Shown here: positions 17,350 to 26,700 of the stretch, piece by piece | Numbering within the stretch: the stretch's first letter is position 1 | How the letters are laid out: every line of letters starts with the position of its first letter | Source: a virus | Taxonomy: Duplodnaviria > Caudoviricetes | DNA: 46,895 nt | Strand: one strand, 5' to 3' | IMG/VR virus record: IMGVR_UViG_3300044769_000044 | Coordinates: 1 to 46,895 of that record | Notes under the pieces: generated by a model | Seen by the model: the letters and a program-made list of their open reading frames with translations, nothing else | Databases searched by the model: none | What the model was told of the DNA's origin: nothing | Made by a program: the position numbers and the translations under genes

Positions 17350-17805
17350 CTAGTACCTCACCAATGCGCCAAGCGTGTTCGCGCGTCGCGCGGGGTCCAC
17401 CTGTGGCCGGACTGCCGCGCGGCGGCGCAAGCCGCTCAGCGCGTCAGGGATTTGCCCTTGCATCGAACGCGGCGGCGCACCCGCAAGACCCGCGAGTCCG
17501 GCCGGCGGCTGCTCCGGTTGCCGCGGCGCCACGGGCATCCCGAATTGCCCCGCCTGTTGCCGCAACAGCGAATCCGCAAACTCGCGGTACGGTGCGCGTC
17601 GCGCTTGCTCCGCGTCCCACTGGCGCCGCATCTCCGCATCGCGTTCACGCTCGAACGCGATCTGTTCGCGAATCCCGGCCAGTTGCTGATCGCCTGAGTC
17701 CTTGGCGGCCTTGGACTGTTTCTTCGCGCCGTAGACCGACGCGGCGGCACTCACGCCCCCACCGATCGCTGTGGCAATCGCTGGAATGGCTATTGCGGCT
17801 GGCAT
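17350..17805 (-). CDS. Ejection protein (gp7-like N-terminus)
   Basis: Hydrophobic Gly/Ala N-terminus then AKKQSKAA. Confidence 0.65.
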   Translation of the reverse strand: MPAAIAIPAIATAIGGGVSAAASVYGAKKQSKAAKDSGDQQLAGIREQIAFERERDAEMRRQWDAEQARRAPYREFADSLLRQQAGQFGMPVAPRQPEQPPAGLAGLAGAPPRSMQGQIPDALSGLRRRAAVRPQVDPARRANTLGALVRY

Positions 17806-18176
17806 ACCGTCTCCTTCGTCGTCAAGGGAATCGCAAAGGACTCCATCGGCATCGGCACGCCGCCCAGATGCCGCGTAATCAATCGGCGCACCGCCGCCGT
17901 GGCCGCACCCGTGATCGCCCACGGAGCCCACCGTGACGCGACCTCGATCGCTGCGTCCTTCAGCGCCTGCACTGCGTGCGGCTGACGCCGGTACGCGGGA
18001 TCGACCCACACGCCTTCGAGATGCACCACGCGAAACGCGCCCCAGCAGCCGACAATCCGATCGCCGTCTTCGAGCACCACGATCCGCACGTCCTCGGGGG
18101 CCACGTAAGGCAACCACATCGAGACGTCGAGATGCGCGACCCGCGACCATTCAGCTTGTGGCAGTACGCGCGTCAC
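17790..18176 (-). CDS. GNAT-fold protein (P22 gp14-like position)
   Basis: IVGCW...HLEGVWVDPAYRR. Confidence 0.65.
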   Translation of the reverse strand: MTRVLPQAEWSRVAHLDVSMWLPYVAPEDVRIVVLEDGDRIVGCWGAFRVVHLEGVWVDPAYRRQPHAVQALKDAAIEVASRWAPWAITGAATAAVRRLITRHLGGVPMPMESFAIPLTTKETVCQPQ

Positions 18177-18652
18177 GCTTCCACCTGTTCGAGCACCACA
18201 TCCAGCCGGTACTGCATCGCGGTCGCGCCCGCGCTCGCATACACCGTGCTGTACGTGATCGGCGACGACCCGTCGATCCGAATGAGCATCGAGCCGCTCT
18301 GCACCGTCCCCGTCGTGTTGCCCGTCATCGCCGCGCCGCTCGCCGACAACGTGACGCCTTCGGTCCAACCGATCGTGATCGTCAAGCTGCTGGAGACCGA
18401 TCCCGGCGTCGTGATGCGCGCGTACCAACTCACGCGATACAGCCCGCCACCCAGCGCCCCTGTGGGAATCGTCGTCGTGCCAATCGAGGCTGACTGCTGC
18501 GTCAGTGGCACCGTCTTGAGTCGCGCCGGACTCGCGTCCACGTCCCCCGCGAGATTCGTCGCCCAGTCGATCAGTTCCTGCGTGGCCACGAACTTCCGGT
18601 TCGGATTGACCAGCGGGTCTTTCGTCGGGAACGGCGCGGTCGTAAAGGGCAT
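18173..18652 (-). CDS. Tail needle / tail accessory protein
   Basis: Directly after gp10-like gene; beta-rich C-terminus. Confidence 0.5.
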   Translation of the reverse strand: MPFTTAPFPTKDPLVNPNRKFVATQELIDWATNLAGDVDASPARLKTVPLTQQSASIGTTTIPTGALGGGLYRVSWYARITTPGSVSSSLTITIGWTEGVTLSASGAAMTGNTTGTVQSGSMLIRIDGSSPITYSTVYASAGATAMQYRLDVVLEQVEA

Positions 18653-20115
18653 TACGCGGCTCCATGTTCCAGCCTCAGATCCGGCAGGCTCGCGCCCGTG
18701 ATCCGCCACGGGACCGGGTCGCTCATCACGATCTCAAACACCCGGTGCCGCGCTTGGCCGCAGCGTTGCCACACGAGCCGCGCCTGATATTTCCCGCGCG
18801 CCCCAGCCGATCGCTGTCGCTCGTTGCCAAACGTCTTCCCGCCGTCGTTGCTGATCCGCATCGCGACGAGCGGATTCGAGCCTTGCCCCGTGCTCAGCCC
18901 GAGCCCGGCCTCCAGGTGCAGCTCGAACGCGGGATAGGTGATGCGCTGGTTGTCCCGCCAGAGTCCCGGGGCTCGGCGCATCCGGCGAATCGGCCGCCCG
19001 TCCGCATCCACGCCGAACCGATGCGAGAGGTGGTAGACGTCGCCCGATTCGCGGTCGAGCATGATGTGCTTGCCGAAGGCGTACGTGTGATACAGCGGGC
19101 GCCACGCGTCGTACACGTTTGATTCGCTGATCCACGTGCCGCGATCGGTCCAGCGCGCCGGGGCCGGGAGGTCCATGTTCGGCGTCGCGTCGTAGGCCAC
19201 CGTGCGTTTAGCGATCGGGAACGTCAGCACATAGAACGCGTGGCCGAGATGTTCGTACGAGTCGCCGATGGCGTCGGCGGTCTCGGTGAACGTGTCGATC
19301 GCCGCATGCAGCGCGAACGTGCTCACGACTTGCGGCGAGAACCCGCTGGTCTGCACGACGTGGCCGATGCCCTCCGCCGTGCGTGCGAGCCACATCAGCG
19401 AGCCGCCGACCACCTTGGGCGAGAACGGCGCGCCGCAGCCGTACTGCACGAGGCCCGAGGGATGCGGCACGAACGGAAACGGGAAGGCCCCCGCGTTGTA
19501 CCAAACCTCGCTCGTATCGGTGCCCATCAACCAGATGTAGCGATCGAGCACTTTCATCGAGACCCACGGATCCGGCTGAATCGACCGCTGCGCGAATTGC
19601 GTCGGGTCCCACGTCGTGCCGTCGAGGAGATCAGAGAGGTAGAGCGTCGAGGTATCGGTATCGAGCGCGAGGAAGTAGCCGTCGATGTGCGCGCCCATCG
19701 TGGTCGCGCCCGTGCGCACCAGCGTGAACGTATTGCTCGTCAGGTCGAAGATGTAGCCGTTATTGCCGCTGGTGACGAAGACCTGTCCGCCGCCGTCGCC
19801 GTTCCAACTGAGCGTGGCGGGGTTGCTGTTGACGACCACCGTGCCGCGGCTGGTGAGCGTGTCCGCGCTCGTCAACTCGTAGAACGTCGCGCCGATGACG
19901 CAGAACGTGCGGTCTTCACACGTCAGGATGCCGCGCCCTGGTGCGCCCGCCGCCGTGGTCAGCGTGTCTACACCAGGCGTCGGATAGAGCGCGTAGCGGT
20001 CTTTTGCGCCTTCCGCTTCGATGCGCTCGACGTAGAAGTTGATCGTCTGCTCCATGTCCGCGATGGGACTTTGCGAGACGTAGGAGCCGCCGATAAATGC
20101 CGGATGGGCTGGCAT
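18652..20115 (-). CDS. Tail hub / packaged DNA stabilization protein (P22 gp10-like)
   Basis: INFY.E, LYPTPG, DGYF, SEVWYN, YDA, SNDGG.TF motifs. Confidence 0.85.
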   Translation of the reverse strand: MPAHPAFIGGSYVSQSPIADMEQTINFYVERIEAEGAKDRYALYPTPGVDTLTTAAGAPGRGILTCEDRTFCVIGATFYELTSADTLTSRGTVVVNSNPATLSWNGDGGGQVFVTSGNNGYIFDLTSNTFTLVRTGATTMGAHIDGYFLALDTDTSTLYLSDLLDGTTWDPTQFAQRSIQPDPWVSMKVLDRYIWLMGTDTSEVWYNAGAFPFPFVPHPSGLVQYGCGAPFSPKVVGGSLMWLARTAEGIGHVVQTSGFSPQVVSTFALHAAIDTFTETADAIGDSYEHLGHAFYVLTFPIAKRTVAYDATPNMDLPAPARWTDRGTWISESNVYDAWRPLYHTYAFGKHIMLDRESGDVYHLSHRFGVDADGRPIRRMRRAPGLWRDNQRITYPAFELHLEAGLGLSTGQGSNPLVAMRISNDGGKTFGNERQRSAGARGKYQARLVWQRCGQARHRVFEIVMSDPVPWRITGASLPDLRLEHGAA

Positions 20116-21200
20116 TACCGGCGCCCTCGATACGAGTCGGTTTCGAGAGACCAGCGGCCAGAGCCCTGCACCAGCGCTGGATCGCCCTGCAACAGCAGCG
20201 GCTGATAATTCGGCAGCTTGACCGCGGCCTTCGCGTCGCCTGCGATCTTTTCGAGGTGCGAGATGATCGCTGGGTCATGGCGTGGATACTCCGGCAGCAG
20301 ATCCAGCGCCAAGTTGTAGCGCAGCGCCTTGGCATACCCAGGCGCGAACGCGTACGTCGTGTTCAGTGACGCGAACTGACTGAGCACCGCGGGCGTGTAG
20401 AGCGCGACGGAGATGGTCTCGGTGCCGTCAGGCACCAGCCACACGGAGACATTCCCGAGCCCCGAGCTGTACGCCCGGTCGTAGTAGAGCGCGGTCGGCA
20501 GTGGGCCGGTTTGGTCCTTGTTCGTGATCGCCGCGTACTCCCGCGCCGACAGGACGCACATCGCCAACTCGATGTCTTCCCCGTTGACCGTGAACACGAG
20601 CCCTGCATCGTTGAGGAACTCCGGCCACGCCTGATTGAAGTCCCCGCCGGGGCCGATGGTGTACGTCGCCTGTGACCCCGTCAGGGCGTACACCGTTCGC
20701 ACGATGTTCTGCACGAACAGTCGATCCGTGCCCCACGAGTCGATCAATTCATTCAACCGCACGAGCCCGTCGTTGGCATCTTCCGCGGCCATCGTTTCGC
20801 CCGCGGACAAGACGCCAATCAGCTTCAGCGCCCCGGCAATCAGCGTGCTCGCCGAGATGGCGGTCGTCGTCGCGGAGGACGGCGACAAGGCCACCGCCGC
20901 CGCGGAGAGGTCTTGGAGGACTTCAAACGCATCATCGCGCGGGTCACACCCCGACGCCGTGGCGTGCAGGAACAGCGGCCCCACCGTGTCCGCGTCGTCC
21001 GCATTCGCCCCTACCGCGTACAGCCCGTTGCCGATCTCGGTGACCGCGCCCGTCGGCGTGGCAAACCCCGCGCCCGCGCTCTTGAGCAGCGTGACGGTCG
21101 GCGTCTTCCCCGTGGCGCCGGTGATGTGATCACTCGACGAGACGAGCAGGAAGTAGAGCGGGCGCGTGATGTTGCCGCGTGAGATGGCGTATCCCATCAA
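20115..21200 (-). CDS. Head-tail adaptor (P22 gp4-like) with extra N-terminal domain
   Basis: LI..AL..IGVL..GE...AED..DG...LN..IDSW; ALRYNLA..L.PEY. Confidence 0.8.
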   Translation of the reverse strand: MMGYAISRGNITRPLYFLLVSSSDHITGATGKTPTVTLLKSAGAGFATPTGAVTEIGNGLYAVGANADDADTVGPLFLHATASGCDPRDDAFEVLQDLSAAAVALSPSSATTTAISASTLIAGALKLIGVLSAGETMAAEDANDGLVRLNELIDSWGTDRLFVQNIVRTVYALTGSQATYTIGPGGDFNQAWPEFLNDAGLVFTVNGEDIELAMCVLSAREYAAITNKDQTGPLPTALYYDRAYSSGLGNVSVWLVPDGTETISVALYTPAVLSQFASLNTTYAFAPGYAKALRYNLALDLLPEYPRHDPAIISHLEKIAGDAKAAVKLPNYQPLLLQGDPALVQGSGRWSLETDSYRGRR

Positions 21201-22594
21201 GCCTCCAAATCTACGGATCGCTCGCCGCTGCGGTGCATGCCGATCACGCGACGGAAGAGGACAATTTGCGCGTCCTGGTCACCCGGGATGCGCGTGTAGA
21301 ACTCGGTGAAGTGCGCGACGCGGCGCAGCGCCTTCGTCATGTCCGGATAGATCGCCGCCCAGCTCATTGGCGGGGCTGGCTCGGACACGTCCGGTACCCA
21401 CGGCGGCCAGATCAGCGCCGGGTGATGCGTCAACGGGCGACGGGCGTACACGCGATCCGGGTAGACCGCCTGCGACAGGTCCGGCGCAATCACGGGCGCG
21501 GGGGCCGTCAGCGTGTCCGCGAACACACTCGGCCGGAGCTGCGCGGCGAGCGCGAGACGCGGATAGATCCGATCGGGATATCGCGCGACCCACACCAGCG
21601 GCGGCACGGGCTGCGTCACATCGGGCACGAACGCCGGGCCGACCTCACCCGCGAGCAGCGCCGCGAGGCTTCGTGGCTTGTCGGCGACGCGGTCCACGTA
21701 GCGCGGCGGCCAACTGTAGTCAGGCGCGGCGGGCGTCAACGTGCCCGGCACGTCGAAGGACTGCACGCCGCCCGCATTCAGCGCGGCACGCGGCGAGCGC
21801 CGGAGCACAGGCGGATCGAGGTACCAGCCTGTCCACGCCATGACCGGTACTTGCGTGACCACCGCAAAATGCTGCTGCGCCCAGATGTAGGCGCCGAGAC
21901 GATGGAGTCTCCGGTGCCGATCGGGATACACCGGCTGCCAACTTGAGTCGGGCGCCGGGATCGGAATGTTCGGGGCGTCAAAGCGATCCGAGGTCCAGAA
22001 CGGATGGAGCGCCGCCTTCAGCGCCCGCTTCGGCCACACGCGCTCGGGGTACGTCGGGAGCCAGCTCCCATCCGGCACCACAGCGGGCGTCGGCGCGGTG
22101 AACTTGTCGAAGAAGAACGCCGGATGCTGCGAGGCGTGCAGGCTTCGCTTCGGATAGAGGCGGTCGGGATAGGCCGGCGGCGGATCGGCTTTGTCCCCGC
22201 CGATAAAGTCCGGCACGCCCAGCGGCCCCGTGAGGGATTGGTACTGCAACAGCTTCGCGGCGCCCGTGCTGATAAACGACCCCCCGGGCACTGGCGGCGG
22301 GACGGGTTCCTGTAACGGATAGACGGAGACCTGTGCCGTCACCGTGCGGGGCTTGCGCGCCGGCACGCGATCGGGATAGGTCGGCTTCCAACTATGCGCG
22401 GAGACGGGATTCGTGACATCGGGGATAAAGAGCGGCCCCGACATGCCGCCCATCGGGCGCGGCTTGGCGCGTGGCCGGTCCTGTGAGCGCGGCAACCAGC
22501 GATCGCACGTCTGCGGGGCATCGGCCTGCGCAGGCACCGACACGGGCGCGCTGAGCGGCTGATACTGCACGAGGTTCGCGGCGTTGATCGGCAT
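21197..22594 (-). CDS. Pro-rich W-x-P-x-Y-P-D-R repeat protein
   Basis: About 10 degenerate repeats spaced ~35-70 aa. Confidence 0.75.
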   Translation of the reverse strand: MPINAANLVQYQPLSAPVSVPAQADAPQTCDRWLPRSQDRPRAKPRPMGGMSGPLFIPDVTNPVSAHSWKPTYPDRVPARKPRTVTAQVSVYPLQEPVPPPVPGGSFISTGAAKLLQYQSLTGPLGVPDFIGGDKADPPPAYPDRLYPKRSLHASQHPAFFFDKFTAPTPAVVPDGSWLPTYPERVWPKRALKAALHPFWTSDRFDAPNIPIPAPDSSWQPVYPDRHRRLHRLGAYIWAQQHFAVVTQVPVMAWTGWYLDPPVLRRSPRAALNAGGVQSFDVPGTLTPAAPDYSWPPRYVDRVADKPRSLAALLAGEVGPAFVPDVTQPVPPLVWVARYPDRIYPRLALAAQLRPSVFADTLTAPAPVIAPDLSQAVYPDRVYARRPLTHHPALIWPPWVPDVSEPAPPMSWAAIYPDMTKALRRVAHFTEFYTRIPGDQDAQIVLFRRVIGMHRSGERSVDLEA

Positions 22595-22595
22595 C

Positions 22596-23708
22596 TCAGT
22601 TCACCTTGTTGGGAGGCGTGAACCCAGATGCGACCACCGCGGTCTTCGGACGCGGGGCGTACGATTGACGCCCCAGCCACATATCCATCGTCACCGTGGC
22701 GGCGGTCACGCGCTCGTCGGCGCCGATGTCCCACGTCCCCGTGCGCGTTTGCAAGTCGATGTCGGTCGTGAAGTTCAGCGGGTCGGCTTCGCCGCTCGTG
22801 TTCGTCCCCACGTCGATCAGCGGGGAGCCGCTCGGGAGGTGGTAGTTCTCACTCCCCGGCGTCACGTTGGTGAAGGTCGTCGTGTTGTGGGCGATGTTCC
22901 GCAGGCCCGCATCGACCAGCGTCGAGCCATCGCTCACTGCGCAGGTTGTCTGATTGAACGTCCCGCCGTTGGTGATCGAGGCCGCGGATCCATCCGTCGA
23001 GGTCTCCGCGAAGTAGCTGTTCTTCGCGTTGCACGTCGCGCCGGTGCCAACGAAGAGGCCGAGAAAGCCACCAATGGCCGTCGTGGAATAGACGTACGCG
23101 GCGCCCGTCTCAACCATCACCGCAGAGGCGTAGTTGCTGACGACGTCCGGGAATCCGTAGATGATGCAGTTCAGGACGTACACGGTCACGTCCGCATCGA
23201 CGACCCAGATGCCCGCGCCGCGGAAGGCATCGCCGGGCACGTTGCGCACGATGCACTCGGAGAGATACACGGCACTGGTGTTGCCGATGCTGCCGACCGT
23301 GAGCACCATCTGGTCGCTGGCGTTGCTCGCCGTCTTGCGGACCTGGATCCCAACCAGGCGCGTGAACTCCTGACGGATGTCCAACACGCCGTTTCCACCA
23401 GGGTTCGCGACCGCCAGCCGATACTTCGTGTCGTCCCACGTGCCCAAGGGTCGGCCCGCCACGGGGGTGTAAATGTTCACGTAGTGCGTGGCGTCGGTCG
23501 TGAAGCCGCTCACGACGCAGGCCGTGGTATCCGCCGCGTTCCCGCCGAAGACGCTGCACTCGACATTGAGGATCGCGGAGTCGCCCACAAGGTCCGGCGC
23601 GGCGCCCACTTCGCCCGTCACCATCGCTTGCAGCGAGGCGTAGTGCGCGCCGTTGGTGCCCGGCGTGCCGGACGTCGTGCCATCGACGAAGACCGTGCGA
23701 TCAGCCAC
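22596..23708 (-). CDS. Parallel beta-helix (pectin-lyase-like) protein
   Basis: NCIIY-type rungs; C-terminal YHL...SPLID.G...DID...R...WDIGADE. Confidence 0.75.
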   Translation of the reverse strand: MADRTVFVDGTTSGTPGTNGAHYASLQAMVTGEVGAAPDLVGDSAILNVECSVFGGNAADTTACVVSGFTTDATHYVNIYTPVAGRPLGTWDDTKYRLAVANPGGNGVLDIRQEFTRLVGIQVRKTASNASDQMVLTVGSIGNTSAVYLSECIVRNVPGDAFRGAGIWVVDADVTVYVLNCIIYGFPDVVSNYASAVMVETGAAYVYSTTAIGGFLGLFVGTGATCNAKNSYFAETSTDGSAASITNGGTFNQTTCAVSDGSTLVDAGLRNIAHNTTTFTNVTPGSENYHLPSGSPLIDVGTNTSGEADPLNFTTDIDLQTRTGTWDIGADERVTAATVTMDMWLGRQSYAPRPKTAVVASGFTPPNKVN

Positions 23709-26700
23709 AGGTATGCCCCACGCACGAAATCGTGTCGGTGTAGGCGCCGACGTCTACCGCGGCGCCCCCAACGACGCCGCCAACCTTGCCCGCGCTATTG
23801 AGGGGCGATGGAGCCTGCAAGGTGTAAATCCCGCTTCCCACGTTCGTGAACAGGAAGGACGCTTCAGCGAGTTCTGTGCTGTTGGCGTCGAAGCCGGACG
23901 CGGCTTGATACGCCGCCAGGGCGTTGTGGGTGCCGTTGTAGCGGTAGCGCGGCGAGCTGCCCGCCGTGCCGAAGATGTTGTAGTTGCTCAGCGCGAACGT
24001 GCATTCGGTGCCCGTGCCATCACCGAGATACACGTGGGCGTCCGTCGTGCCGTAGTAGGCGTTGTTGTAGTGCGTGACCCCTTGGCAGACGCTGGCGCCG
24101 CCGTGGACCTCTTCGAGTCCGTAGATGAAATTGACGAAGGTGTTGTTGTAGATCGAGACCGTCGTCGTCTTGCCGTCTTCGAGGCGAATCGCGCCGCGCA
24201 CGCTGCCCGCCGCCGAGACGCAGAGGTTGTTGCGGACCACCGACCCCGTGGAGCCGTTGGCCGTATACGGCCCGCCCGCGGTTTCCTGATTCTCGAGACG
24301 GACGCAGATCGACACGTCACGGATGTCGTTCTCGTAGATCTGATTGCTCACGCAATCGGCCTTGCAGTCGAACCCGCCCGCCTGCGTCGGGATCACGTGA
24401 TTGATGGTGTTATTGCGAGCGGTCGAGAACGACGTCAGGAACATCTTGACGCCCGACGTGGACGACTGCGCGCCCGTGTTCGTCATCCCGGCATAGGTGA
24501 TGTCGTGGATGGAGTTGTGGCGCAGGGTCAGCCCGTACTGCCCGAAGGTGAAGATGCCCGCCCAGTTCCCATCGTCGAAGGACGCATAGCCCCGTTCTAT
24601 TTCCGTGCAGGAGATTTCGCTCCCCTGTGACATCAGGGCTTCTGAACTGTTCGTATCGTCGTAGAGATAGACCCCGCCGTAGATGTGCAGGCCGAGCGAG
24701 GTCGCGCCACTGGTTGGGCACGAGTCCGACGTGATCTTGATGTACTGCTTGTTGTACGCGTCCAGCGTCGGGCGGTTGCAGTTCGTGAGGTTCGTCTCGG
24801 CTGCGACACAGGGCCGGAGCACCGGATGCTCGCCCGCGGCATTCCTGAGCGTGATCAGGTTGCCGACGCTACCGCTGTTGCCGAACGTGAACCCCGCCGC
24901 GCCGGTGTAGCCCGTGCCGTTCGCGGTGACGTAATCGCTGTTCCCAGACTCTGGGCCGTAGACGATGACGGTATCGCCCGAGACGGCAGCGGTCAGGGCG
25001 CTTTGGAGATTGTTGTAGGGACCCGCCGCGCCAGCGGACGCCGCGCAGGGTGACGCCGCGGTGCCGTTGCCGTTGAACGTGCATTTATTCGCGACGTGCC
25101 GCGCGAACAGGTTGCCGTCGGTCGCCACGGCCCAGAGCGTTTTGCTCGCATACAGCGGATAGACGCGCGCTTCGAACGTGCCGGCGGGGTCGGTGCAGAC
25201 GTACGGCGCGTCGATGACGACCTGATAGGGGACGTTCGACTCGTAGCAGACCACCATGCGCGTGATCGTGGAGTCACTGGAGACGACCGTGCAGGTCGAG
25301 CCGTTGCACGTGTACGTCCCTGTGAGCGTGTAGGTCGCGCGGTACGGGTACGCCCCGATGGCGTTGTCGATGGCGTTGTTACCGTAGTACACCCCGTCAC
25401 CGTTCGCCCACGTGAACGAGCTCGTCACCGTGATGGTGTTGCCGCTGATGCTGAGGATCCGTCGAACGTCCGTGCCGATCGTGATGATGTCGCCCGCCGC
25501 GAGGTTGCCGCCGTACTGCGCGATACTGGCATCGAAGCCGCGGAAGAACCCGGCCCCGCCAGAGGCGACCGTGAACGTGGTCCCCGTGCCGCTGCCGCTG
25601 ACAGTCGTGAGTGGTCCCGCCGCGTTGCGCGCCGGAGAGACGGCCGTCGGGTAGAAGAGATCGTTCGCGTAGTCGGCGAAGAGTGGCTGCTGTGTCTTGA
25701 TGTTGGTCGCTGAGGCACCGAACACGCAGCAGTAGCTCTCCGCCGCGCCGATCGACGCATCCCACGCGAGATTGAACGAGGACGTCCCAGGGCTGCCGTC
25801 GAAATCGTGGACAGCCGCATTGGTGATAACCGCGTTCCACACGTCTTGAAACAGACTATTGTTCACGCGCGTGAACGTGCCAAACCTAGTCAGGATCGAG
25901 GAGGTGCCTGCCGGGTCTGAGACCTGCGTGTCGATGTACGTCTCCTGCGCGATGTACACCGTCGTGAAGTTGAAGATCCCGTGCGCCCCTCCGGCGTTGT
26001 TGTGGATGACATTCCGCCGATACAGCAGATTCCCCGAGTTGTCGGGGCTCGTCTCCTGGTTTGAGAAGTGCTGGTTATCGCCCGGAGGATTGCCAACGTA
26101 GAAATTGGCCTCGATGGTGGCGCCTTCCGTGCCTACCGTGCGCGAGCAGCACCAGCCAGTCTGCGCGAAATCGGAGTGCTGGCCGTTGTGCGGGGTATGC
26201 GCCGGACCCCAGGCGTAGTTATTGAACACCCGAAAGCCAGGACCATAGAACGTGTAGTAGTCGTTCCCGGCCATGTTGTGCGTGTTGTAGGCCGCGAGAT
26301 TGTGCGAGCCGTAGATGGCGACCTGTTGGTTGTCAACGCCATACACACCGTTCATCGTGTTACCGAGGAAGATGAGGTTGTCGTCGTTCTCACCAACAAT
26401 CGGACCAGTGGTGACGAGTGCCCCCTCGACAAACCCAGAGAAGGTGCTGTTCCAGACTTCGATCCCGTCGCTATCCTGTGTCGAGACGCACGCCTGAGCG
26501 CCGCCGCACACGAAGGTGAACCCGATGATCCGGACGTAGTTGCCGGTCGTGGTGAATGTGCCGTTGAGGGTCACGGCTCCATCGGCGACGTACGTGATCG
26601 TGTTCCCGCTGGTCCCCGAGGTCGTTTCGGTGATGCTGGCGCTGTAGGTGCCCGGCTGCACGCGGCAGGTATCACCCGCGACGATCGTGCTCGCGCACTT

